Below are positions 33,631 to 44,400 of a DNA stretch of 64,000 nucleotides, piece by piece. The position numbers and the translations under genes are program-made. How positions within the stretch are numbered: position 1 is the first letter of the stretch; every line of letters starts with the position of its first letter. The notes under the pieces were generated by a model. The model was given only the letters and a program-made list of their open reading frames with translations. It was not told the DNA's origin and ran no database searches. The DNA is taken from contig NC_058377.1 of assembly GCF_018350175.1 (NCBI RefSeq), positions 109,926,001-109,990,000 on the forward strand, read 5' to 3'. The DNA comes from Felis catus. Taxonomy: Eukaryota.

Positions 33631-36600
33631 TTTGAGAGAGAGGAGAGAGAGAGAGAGCACGAGCAGGGGAGGGGTAGAGACGGAGGGAAGGAGGGAGGGA
33701 GAGAGAATCCCAAGCAGGCTCTGTGCTGTCAGCGCAGAGCCCAACGCAGGGCTCAAACTCACGAATGTGAGATCATGACCTGAGCTGAAATCGAGAGTCA
33801 GATGCTTAACCAGTTGAGCCACCTAGGTGCCCCAACAATTGGGTTATCTTTTTATCATTGAGTTGCAAGAGTTCTTTACATACTCCAGATGTACATCCCT
33901 CATCAGGTACATGACTTACAAATGTTTCCTCCCATCTTATGGGCTGACTTTTCACACGTCTTGATGGTGTCCTTTGAAGCACAGGTTTTTAATTTTCACG
34001 AGATCCGATGCATCCGTTGTTTCTTTTGTCACCTGTGCTCCTACCATCACACATCTACCAATATTTGACTTTGTCAAATCCAAAGTCACAAAGATTTTCC
34101 CCTGTGTTTTCTTCTGAAAGTTTTATACTTTTTTTTTTTTTAACATTTATTTCTTTTTGAGACAGAGAGAGACAGAGCATGAACGGGGAAGGTCAGAGAG
34201 AGAGGGAGTCACAGAATCCGAAGCAGGCTCCAGGCTCCGAGCTGTCAGCCCAGAGCCCGACGCGGGGCTCGAACTCACGGACCGTGAGATCGTGACCTGA
34301 GCCAAAGTCGGACGCTTCACCGACTGAGCCACCCAGGCGCCCCATATACTTTTTAGTTCTTACTTCTGACCCATTTTGAATTCATATTTGTGGGAGGTTA
34401 AGGGTCCGACTTCATTCTTTTAGAGGTGACGATCCACTTGTCCCAGCACCGTGTGTTCAAGAGACTGTTCTTTCCCCATTGAATGGTCTTGGCACGCCTG
34501 TGGAAAATCAATTGACTCTTCATTCCATTCTGTTGATTTCTGTCGGTCCTTGTGCTGGTGCCACGCTGTCTTAATTAAGCGCTGCCTCGTAGTAAGTTTT
34601 GAAATTGGGAAGTGTGTGTCTTTTGACTTTGCTCTTCTTTCTCACGATTATTTTGGGTCTTCTGGGTCCCTTGCAATTTCACCTGAATTCCAGATTCAGT
34701 CTGTCAATTTCTACAAAGAAGCCAGGTGGGATTCCGATAGGGTTTGCGCTGAATCTGTAACTCAGCTTGCAGAGTACTGCCATCTTAACAATGTTGGGTG
34801 CCCCCTACCAAGGACATGTGGTCATTTCCCACTTACTTAGGTCTTTACTTTTTCCTTGTCATTTACAGCTGTAAATTTCCCTCTAACCACTGCTTCAGCT
34901 GCGTCCCATAAGTTTTGATGTATCGTATCTTTCTTTCCATTTATTTCAGAGCATTTTCTGATTTCTCTTTTGATCTGTTCTTCAATCCTTTGGGTTTTTT
35001 AGGAGCGTGCTGTTTACTTTCCACACATTTGTGAGTTTCCCAAATCTTTACTCTGTTATTGATTTCTTATTTCGTCCCCTAGTGGTTGGGGAACATACTT
35101 TATAGGATTTTTCTCCTTTCAGTTTTATTGAAGCTTCTTTTATGGCCTCGCATACAATGCATCTTGAAAAATGTTCCACGTGCTCCTGAGAAGAAAATGT
35201 GTTCTGTTGTGGTTGGGTGGAGTGTTCGAGGGAAGTCTGTTAAGTCTGGCTTATAGGGTTGTTCAAGTCTTCTGTTTCCTTGTTGATCTTTTGTCTGCTT
35301 GTCCTGTCCATTATTGGAACGGATGTCTGTTGATGTGTTGCAATTGTTGTTGTCGTACTTTTATCTTTCATTTTGTATTATGGCAAATTTCAAACATGTA
35401 CGTTTGAGAGGAGAGAGAATAGTTAGAAAGTTCCCATCACCCCACTTCGACACTTACCAACATTCTGCCTATCTTGTTGAATCTATTCTTGCTTTTTTCC
35501 TTNNNNNNNNNNNNNNNNNNNNNNNNNNNNNNNNNNNNNNNNNNNNNNNNNNNNNNNNNNNNNNNNNNNNNNNNNNNNNNNNNNNNNNNNNNNNNNNNNN
35601 NNNNNNNNNNNNNNNNNNNNNNNNNNNNNNNNNNNNNNNNTCCGGGTTCTGAGGTGTCAGTTCAGAGCCCGATGTGGGGCTTGAACCTGTGAACCGTGAG
35701 ATCATGACCTGAGCTGAAGTCGGACACTTAACCGACTGAGCCACCTGGGATTATTTTATTTTATTTATTTATTTTTTAAAAAAATTTTTAATGTTTATTT
35801 ATTTTTGAGACAGGGGGAGACAGAGTGTGAGTGTGGGGGTGGGGGGAGGGGCGCAGAGAGAGAGGGAGACACAGATTCTGAAACAGGCTCCAGGCTCTGA
35901 GCTGTCAGCACAGGGCCCAACGCGGGGCTCAAACCCACAAACCGTGAGATCATGACCTGAGCTGAAGTCGGACGCTCAACCGACTGAGCCACCCAGGCGC
36001 CCCTACCCTGGATTATCTTAAAGCACATCCCAGCTGTCCTATCATTTTAACAGTAAATGCTCTGCACACGACTCTAACAGAGGATTTTTTTTTTTTTAAC
36101 GTTTATTTATTTTTGAGACAGAGAGAGACAGAGCATGAACGGGGGAGGGTCAGAGAGAGAGGGAGACACAGAATCTGAAACAGGCTCCAGGCTCTGAGCC
36201 ATCAGCACAGAGCCTGACGCGGGACTTGAACTCACAAACTGCGAGATCATGACCTGAGCCGAAGTTGGACGCTTAACCGACTGAGCCACCCAGGCGCCCC
36301 CAGAGGATGTTTTTTTAAACCAGCCCCAACACCGTCATCACATCTGACAAAATCAATGATAATCCCTCAGTACTTTTTAGTCCCCAGTCCTTGTTTGATG
36401 GTCGCCAGCCGTCCAGGCATCCTCATCAAGGCCCTTGCGTGTTTCACAGTGGGAAGGCTAATTGGAAGGGGTCTTTGGAAGGGAAGGCTTTGGCTAAGGT
36501 TGAGGGGCACGGGTCCTCATGAGCTCCTGTTTGGTCTGTTTCAGGAACAAATGTGGTATCTGGGGCTGGCGGTCTGAGAAGATGGAAACCGTTAGCGGCT

Positions 36601-39600
36601 ACGAGGCCAAGGCAGGAGAGGCTAGTGGTGGGGGCTGGGGTAGGAGACAAGGCCCAGGAACCCCCCCCCTTCTCCATGTCCACCCATGTGGAAGAGAGAC
36701 AGAGTAGCCCACGGGCTCTGGAGGCCCTGTGCGGCGATGGGAACTCAGCGGGGCCCCGAGTGCCCAGGCCCCGCCGAGCACACAGGGATCACCCCGGCAC
36801 CAGCCCCGACCCAGGGTACCGAGATGAAGTGAGCGTTTTCCCCTCGTTACTGAGTCCCCGTGGTTCAGACCCTGCCACCTCCTCCACTGGGGGGGGCGAG
36901 GTCCTGTCTGTCCCTGCGGAGAGGAGGGCTTGGGTTCTGTACTGGTGAGGCTGAGTGTGGGGGACAGGCACTGAGCCCTGAGCCCTGCCTGTGTCCCCCC
37001 TGCTCCCCAGGTATACAGTGCCACCAACGTGGAGCTGGTGACACGCACTCGCACGGAGCACCTCTCTGATCAGGACAAGTCGAGGAGCAAAGGTAAACCC
37101 AGGTGCGCCTGCCTGTGGCCCAGTCACACCATATGCCGGGGTCACCCTGCTCCGGGGTCAGGGCCGCAGAGTCCGGCGCGAGCTGGGAGGCCTCCCCGTT
37201 CCCGTGTGCTCAGTCTCCCACCCGACAGAGGCTCCCAGGGTGGATGGTGGGGGGGGGGGGGCAGTCGGGGGGCAGTGGCCCAAAGTCTCCTCACGGGCTC
37301 CCACCCCTTCTCAGGAGGGAAGACTCCATTCCAGTCCTTCCTCGGGATGGCCCAGCAGCACTCCTCTCACAGCGGGGTGAGCCGGGCCCAGGGGGCTGGG
37401 GGCCACGGGCAGGGGGCCGTGACGCAGGGCTAGGCAGCCACCCTCCCGAGCACTAAGCCCAGTCCTGGGGCCCTCCCAGGCTCCTGTGCAGCAGGCCGCC
37501 AGCCCCACCAACCCCACAGCCATTTCCCCCAGTGAATACTTCGACCCCAACTTCAGCCTGGAGTCGAGGAACATCGGCCGCCCCATTGAGATGTCCAGCA
37601 AAGTGCAGAGGTGAGGTCGTGGGGCTGGCTTGGGGACTTCCCTCAGGGACACGGATGCCGTCTGGTCCCCCGAGCCCCTTGTAGACTCCTGTCACACATG
37701 GGGCCCACCAGAGTGGGGGACCCACTCACCCAGCCAGCTTCCTTCTAGACTCTCCTCCTTGGGGGTAGGAGCCAGGTCTGTCTTAACCATGGTTGTTGGC
37801 AGAGGGCTTGGACCAGAGGATTGGTTACTCTTCTTTGGTGAATGAGTGAGTGAGTGAGTGAGTGAGTGAGTGAGTGAGTGAGTGAGTGAATGAGTGAATG
37901 AGCAGCACCACCCATTTATGGTTTTCTGTTCAACTGAATGAGCACCTCCTGGAGGCCAGCTTGTGACCGCGGGGAAGGGCTCACAGCTCTACTGTCTCCC
38001 GGCTTTGTGGCCCCAGGAAACGTCTTCTCCTCCGAGAGTCTGTTCTCTTCCTCAGTAAAATACCAGTCACACTTAGCCACCTGCCCACAAGGGTGCTAAG
38101 AGGATCTCATGAGCCATGACGTAGAACTTGCGGTGAGCCTAGCACTGCCCTATGAACTTAGCCACCGAGTGGTGGATTCGAACCCTGGTCGTCCTGACCT
38201 CTGGGCTTTGCTGGACCCAAAAGTGTGGCAAAGTGTGAGGTGCTGGCCAGCTGTGGGCTGGGGAGGAGGACCCGGCTGTGGACAAGGCCATGATTGAAGC
38301 CAGCAGCCCGGCCCTGCCCTCTCCATCCAGATGAGTGGAGCTGGCTCAAGCTGCCATAGGCCCCAGCCTGGGCCCAGGGTCTGGGTGCAGCTCGGGCGGT
38401 AGGGCCAAAGGACAGAAGCTCCTGGGGTAGGCAGGCGGGGGCGGCTGAGCAGATGAGAGGGCACCTCAGGCCCGGCAGAGGGTGTGAGTCAAGGCAGGTG
38501 TCCAGAGTGGGTGGGTCTTAGCAGAGGGGCCACCAGGAGTTCCTTGACTCACGTCCTATGCAGGTTCAAGGCAACACTGTGGCTGAGCGAGGAGCACCCA
38601 CTGTCCCTGGGCGACCAGGTGACGCCCATCATTGACCTGATGGCTATCAGCAACGCTCACTTTGCCAAGCTGCGTGACTTCATCACCCTGCGCCTGCCCC
38701 CCGGCTTCCCAGTCAAGATTGGTGAGGGGCGGTCTAGGGCAGCCGGGGGTCTGGGGCAGCTCCCGGGGTGGTGCCGGCCTCTGGCTCAGGCTCGGCTGTC
38801 TCCTCGCAGAGATCCCCCTTTTCCACGTGCTCAACGCCCGCATCACCTTCAGCAACCTGTGTGGCTGTGACGAGCCCCTGAGCTCGGTGTGGGTGCCGGC
38901 CCCCAGCTCTGGCTCTGCCGTCACAGCTTCAGGTACCGCCGCGGGCGAGGGGGGCCGGCAGTGCTGCTCGCTGGTCTCTGAGCCCCGGGGCTGAGTGCTG
39001 CCCTTCTGCGCAGGGAGCCCTTTCCCGTGTGAGGTGGACCCCGCCGTGTTTGAGGTGCCCGAGGGGTACAGCGTGCTGGGCACGGAGCGCAGCGAGCCCC
39101 TTCGCGACGAGGATGACGCCCTGCTCCAGTTCGCCATCAGGCAGAGCCTGCTTGAGGCGGGCGCGGAGGCGGAGCAGGTGGGACCCGGGCAGCGGCCAGA
39201 CCCTGGGGGTGGGCAGGGGCGCCAGAGGTGACAGCTCCAGGCTCCGTCTGCTGCAGGTGACTGTCTGGGAGGCCCTGACCAACACCCGGCCCGGTGCCCA
39301 CCCTCCTCCCCAAGCCACCGCCTACGAGGAGCAGCTTCAGCTGGAGCGGTGAGGCCCGCTAGCCCCTACTGGGACAGTATTTCGGCCTGCCCTGCCCCAA
39401 GGAGCCTGCCGGCCAGGGGGTCCTTGGCTGGTGGCGGTGGGTAGCGGGGAGGTGCTGGTCCCAGGACGCCATGCCCTCTCCGAGGCCACCCTCCAGAAGC
39501 AACATGGCCTGCCACCAAAGGCAGCATGAGGATGGGAGACACAGGGTCCCCTGCCTCGTCTCTTCTCTCCGGTCTCCCAGGTCCCAGCCACCTTGTCCTC

Positions 39601-39898
39601 CATAGCTATGTCCCAACACTTGGCCTTCTTCCCCAGCCTTAGCGCTCACTGGTCTGTTCTCCCCTCTCACGCCTTGCCTGGAAGGGCCCTCCAAGAGAGC
39701 CTGCGGATGTCCACAGAGCCCAATGGCCCAGAGTCCCCTCACAGGACACCCCCGGCCCCGGCCCCCCCAAGCTTTGAGGAGCAGCTTCGCCTGGCCCTGG
39801 AGTTGTCTTCGAGGGAGCAGGAGGAGCGGGAACGGCGGGGGCAGCAGGAGGAGGAAGACTTACAGAGGATCCTGCGGCTCTCGCTCACGGAGCACTGA
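29654..39898 (+). CDS. ANKRD13D: Ankyrin repeat domain 13D (ankyrin repeats + C-terminal UIMs), 607 aa
   Basis: Exons 29654-29743, 30166-30301, 30419-30543, 31306-31351, 31435-31578, 31831-32020, 36545-36611, 37011-37092, 37315-37376, 37480-37610, 38564-38721, 38810-38932, 39014-39177, 39257-39348, 39685-39898 sum to 1824 nt in one open frame. The protein runs [26 protein letters not shown]...[16 protein letters not shown] with UIM-like segments ([53 protein letters not shown]). Confidence 0.97.
32991..33218 (-). mobile_element. Young SINEC_Fc
   Basis: Perfect 17-bp TSD TGGATGTTTAACTGTTT (32974-32990; 33219-33235); CpG-rich body. Confidence 0.93.
33572..33833 (-). mobile_element. Can-SINE with (AT)n tail
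   Basis: Reverse head ...gagccacctaggtgcccc; GGGTTATCTTT is repeated at both flanks. Confidence 0.9.
34128..34343 (-). mobile_element. SINEC_Fc
   Basis: Near-consensus reverse copy with TATACTTTTT flanks. Confidence 0.92.
35641..36300 (-). mobile_element. Three antisense SINEC_Fc copies (35641-35747 partial, 35750-36003, 36084-36300)
   Basis: Each shows the reverse-complement SINE head; the last has TSD CAGAGGAT(T/G)TTTT. Confidence 0.9.
37838..37902 (+). repeat. (GAGT)n tetranucleotide microsatellite
   Basis: 11 perfect GAGT units (37844-37887) with GAAT variants; resembles an expanded L2 tail. Confidence 0.9.
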
Positions 39899-40039
39899 GC
39901 ACCGAGTACCCAGTCCCTGGGAGGGTTGTCTGGTCTGCGCCCCCACCTGCTTTTGTAACTTATTTATTTATAAACTCTCTGCTGCTAAGCTGCCGGCCCG
40001 GAGCCCTGGGGATGGGCTTGCATTGGAGACCAAGGTGGA

Positions 40040-40045
40040 AATAAA
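40040..40045 (+). terminator. ANKRD13D polyadenylation signal AATAAA
   Basis: First AATAAA, about 140 nt after the stop codon. Confidence 0.8.
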
Positions 40046-40849
40046 GAGACTTTCAGCAGCAGGCTTGTTCTGCTCAGTGGGATGACAAAGCGGGGGAGGC
40101 GACATCGAGGGGAGACACTGTGGGCAATGGCCTCAGACCCGGGTTTGAATCCTGGCTGTGGCCCCCTTGGCTTCTCTGAGCCTGTTTCCCCAGCTGTAAA
40201 ATGAGACCACCTGCCAGCCCCCAGGGCTGTTGGGAGGGTGAAGTGAACCAACAAACCAACATACGTCAAGTCCCTTACAGAGTATGTGCCTCACAAACGT
40301 CCGCTCCCTGTAGTCTTGTTCCACCTATTGGGGACCCAGGTTCCTCCTGCCACTTCTCGGGCTTTCCCAGAACCCACCCCTGCTCCTATCAAGGAGGGGA
40401 AAGGCTGGGCCTCCAGACTATTCCCAACCAACTGGGAGGAGCCCCCTGCACCCCAGGCCTGGGTTCCTGCCTGTTCTACCCGAGCATGTTCTATCTGAGT
40501 GACTTTGGACAAGTCCCTTCCCAGGCTGCAGTGTGAGCCTGCTCAACTCTGCCCTGCCCACCTCCAAGGTGGCCCTGAGGATGGCCTGTGACCCTGCGAT
40601 GGGTTAGTTCTAAGTTCTGCCTGGTTTCCCCCCGAAGCTCTGCATGTCTCCCAATGATTGTGCAGAGAGTGGAAGCGTGAGGGCCGGTCAGCAAGAAGAG
40701 ATAATTTTGGAGTGCCCTCCAACTGAAGACCTACTATGTCGGGTCCTCTCCGAGACCTGTGTCCCCAGTCCTGCCTCCCTAGGTGCCAATCTGGGTAACT
40801 GAACGGTTGAAGCCCAAAGCAGAACTCAGGTGACCTAGGTGGGCGGAGC

Positions 40850-41420
40850 CAGGAGGGCAGGGGCAGGGGCAGGGGCAGGGGCGCCTCCAAGAAGGAGGGA
40901 CCGAACCCCGGAACCCCGGAACCCCGGAACGAAGACTGCAAGTTGCCGGACCTCTGGCCACTTCCCTCCCAGTCGCCGCGCTCCGCACCTGCGCCCCGCC
41001 CCGGGCCCGCCTCCAAAGTGCTGGGGGGGCGGGGGCGAGGCGGCCGAACCGAGGAGACGCAAAGGGAGGGGCGGCGGCTGCTCGGTGCTGGCTCCGCAGA
41101 CCGGGTTGGACGCGGGCTGGACGCGCGTCTGGCCCTTTAAGGGCCGCCCCCGAGGAGGTGCCAGGCCCTGGTGGCTCCGGTCTCTCCTTCCTGGTCCTGC
41201 GGGGCAGGGACTGTCCGTGGGGCCGTGGTAGGGCACCGGACCCGGACGGGCCCAGGTGTGCCCGGCCTGGCCCCATGGCCCTGGTCACAGTGAGCCGCTC
41301 CCCTCCGGCCAGCGGCCACTCCACGCCTGTAGGGCCCACGGTAAGTCTGGCTTTGCCGTGCTCCGGCCCACGCAGTTGGCTGCCAGCTGGGCCCCGGGGA
41401 GCGCGTCCTGCCCACTGCCA
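40850..41420 (+). promoter_or_regulatory. SSH3 CpG-island promoter
   Basis: CpG-rich, with GC boxes (ccccgcccc) and tandem CCGGAA motifs, directly upstream of the SSH3 ATG. Confidence 0.85.
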
Positions 41421-44400
41421 GCCTCCCCTTGAGGCTGGGGGTGTGGGAAGGGGGACCCTAAGTGTCTCGCTGGAGGGGTCTGGGAGGGGGTCTGGAGGCT
41501 CCCAAGAACTTAGACCAAGGCAAGATCCGGAGCCCCGAACACCAGCCCAGCCTGCGGAGGCCCTACCCTCTTCCAGGCCCAGATCTGGGCCAACCCCTTG
41601 GACACCTCCAGCACCCCCACCCACTCACCCCAGCTGCCCTACCTGGACCTTTGCCCAGGCTCCCCGCCGGTGCCTCCAGGTGGGGAGTGGACTGGGGTGG
41701 GAAGGGATCTGACATCTTTCCTGGTTCCAGTCTCCAGTTGGGGGGTGGGGCGATCCCACCCCCACCCCCCACCCCCACAGCCTTGATAGCAGAGAGGAGA
41801 GTCCTTGCCACCCCCCACCTCACTCTGCCCCGGGGGCTGCTTTCTCAGCAGGACCAGGCATCCAAGCGGAGAAGCCGGCTCCAGCGAAGGTGAGCACCTC
41901 TCCCACCCGGACAGAGACAACTACCTCCAGCTGCCAGGCCTGGCCCCTGCCCTTCTGGAGGACTCGGCCAGAACCAACTACTGCATATGTGGGGCAATGT
42001 TGCTGGTGGGCACAGTGGGCTTGCAGTGCTGACCGGGCTGCCTTTGCTTTTATCTTCCTCCCAGTCAGTCGGGGCTCCTCCACCACTATTCTGGACCCTG
42101 GCTCGGGCCAGTAGTCACAAGCCAAAGGGCAGGGATGGGACGGCAGAGCCCAAGGGCTCCTGGGTCCCCACCAAGTTTACAACATCTCCTGAGATAGGCA
42201 GGGGGGAAGGGAAAGGGAGCAACCCTTGCCCCCCCTCCCCCCACTTAAACAAGTGGCTCGGGGGTTTGGCAGCCTCCAAGACAGTAGTTCCCCAAATGTG
42301 GTGGCCTCAGCACTTGGGAACTCCTTAGAAATGCACATTCTCAGGCCTCCACCCCAGACCTGTTGACTCCCCCGGGACGGGGCCCAACACTTGTTCTAAC
42401 AAGCCTGGTGGGTGAATCTGATGCACGTCTGCCCTGAGGGGGATGACGACGTAAAGTGGTTTCCCTGCTGCCCTGCCAGGCAGAGCTTTGCGGTGCTCCG
42501 TGGTGCTGTCCTGGGACTGCAGGACGGAGAGGACAATGGAGAAGCAGCTGACGCTGGCCCTGAGGCAGTGGAGGGACCCCCGGGGGAAGAACAGCCCCAC
42601 AGCGACCAGACAGACGATGGGCAGGGGCCCCAGAGTCCCCAGAAGCAGCAGCAGAGTCAGCACCTGCACCTCATGGTGGAGCTGCTGAGGCCACAGGACG
42701 ACATCCGCCTGGTGAGGGGCCACCGAACCCTCGGAGAAGGGGAGAGAGCCAGCTCTTGAGGGGTGGTGGGGTGGGGGGAGGCGAGGGTAGAAGGGAGCCA
42801 GCGTGTGTGTCTGCTGGGGAGCAGTGGTATGAGGGCAAGTAATACGGATCCCCCAAACCCTGATGAGCCTCCCGGTTCAGCTAGTTGCTTAAACAGGGCA
42901 CGATCACGTCTTCAGGTCTCTGGAGGAGCGGGAAATGATGGGGGTCTGCCCTGCACGAGCCTGTAAGGCCCGATCGGGTCCAAGAGCTGGGAATTACACG
43001 GAGGTGGGGTTCTGTGCAACCAGCACAGGACCTTCCTGACCCCATGAGTTGTGCGCACACCTCAGGCCTGGCCGGCCGCTCCGGAGGGCCTGCTGAGCTG
43101 GAGGGGCGCCAGGCGGGGTGGGGCACAGGTGGGAGCCGGTGGACCAGTTCCCAGATGCCTGTGGGGCATCTCACTGTCTGCAGCAAGATGGGAAAAACAA
43201 AATGGAGGCAGTCTTTCCGAAAGCCGAATTTATTCCACGGAAGCACTGTCCTTTGTTATGAGATTGTGTCTTTAGTATTTCTTTGATGAGAAACCTTTTT
43301 TGAATCAAATGATGGTAATGGCAAGTGGAAAAGGTTTTTGGTTTTTTTTTAAACCTCTTTCCTGGGCAGAAATTGAAAACGGGCAATGGGTGCTAGGCCC
43401 ATTCTCCCCTTTTTTCCATACATACCCCCTTTACGAAAAAATCTTTTTTTTTATTAAAAAAATTTTTTTTAATGTTTTATTTATTTTTGAGACAGAGAGA
43501 GACAGAGCATGAATGGGGGAGGGTCAGAGAGAGAGGGAGACACAGAATCCGAAACAGGCTCCAGGCTCGGAGCTGTCAGCACAGAGCCTGACGCGGGGCT
43601 CGAACTCACGGACCGTGAGATCATGACCTGAGCCGAAGTTGGACGCTTAACCGACTGAGCCACCCAGGTGCCCCACGAAAAATCTTCTTAAACATTCTGT
43701 TGGACCATGGAATCCCAAAGTTGGCAGCCACTGGGTTATAACTACCAATCTGGAACCTGGGAAGAGGAGGATGGGCACAGAGCAGGCAGGCAGCAGGTCT
43801 CTTCTAGGCCCACGTGTATGTCAGGTGTGGGGGGGGGGGGCGGGGGATGCAGGGTCTTCTTGGGCCACTGTGACCCTGGGCTTCCCCCTCCCCATCTTCC
43901 CCAGGCAGCCCAGCTGGAGGCGGCACGGCCCCCTCGGCTCCGCTACCTGCTGGTAGTTTCCACAAGAGAACATCAGAGCCAGGATGAGACAGTCCTCTTG
44001 GGAGTGGATTTCCCCGACAGCAGGTGCGAGCAGGGAGAGGAAGGGAGGGGGGCAAGGAAGTGAGATGCTGGGGAACAATGGCTTTTCTTCTGTCCCTTGC
44101 CAGCTCCCCGAGCTGCACCCTGGGCCTGGTCTTGCCTCTCTGGAGTGACACCCAGGTGTACCTAGATGGAGACGGGTAAGAGATGGCGACTGGAGGGAGG
44201 AGAGAGGGGAGAGGGCGGCCGGCAGGGTGATGGACCGGATAGGGTGACTGGGCAGTGGGGAGCAGCGGAAGAAACGCAGGCTGGGTGTCTGGGGCCTGGG
44301 CCGACTCAGCTCCACCTCGGATTTGCTGTGTGACTCTAGGCAAGTCACCTAACTTCTCTGGGCCTCGGCCACCCCAGGTGTGGCAAATGGGGCTCATTTT

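Larger units (their letters stand above)
32445..35500 (-). mobile_element. Old antisense L1 fragments filling ANKRD13D intron 6
   Basis: L1M 3'-UTR/ORF2-like reverse sequence interrupted by SINEs, (CA)n at 33278-33329 and gaps. Confidence 0.7.
7507..35640. other. Five assembly gaps: 7507-7638, 9049-9204, 25433-25720, 33417-33558, 35503-35640
   Basis: Runs of N; two of them delete GRK2 coding sequence. Confidence 1.
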
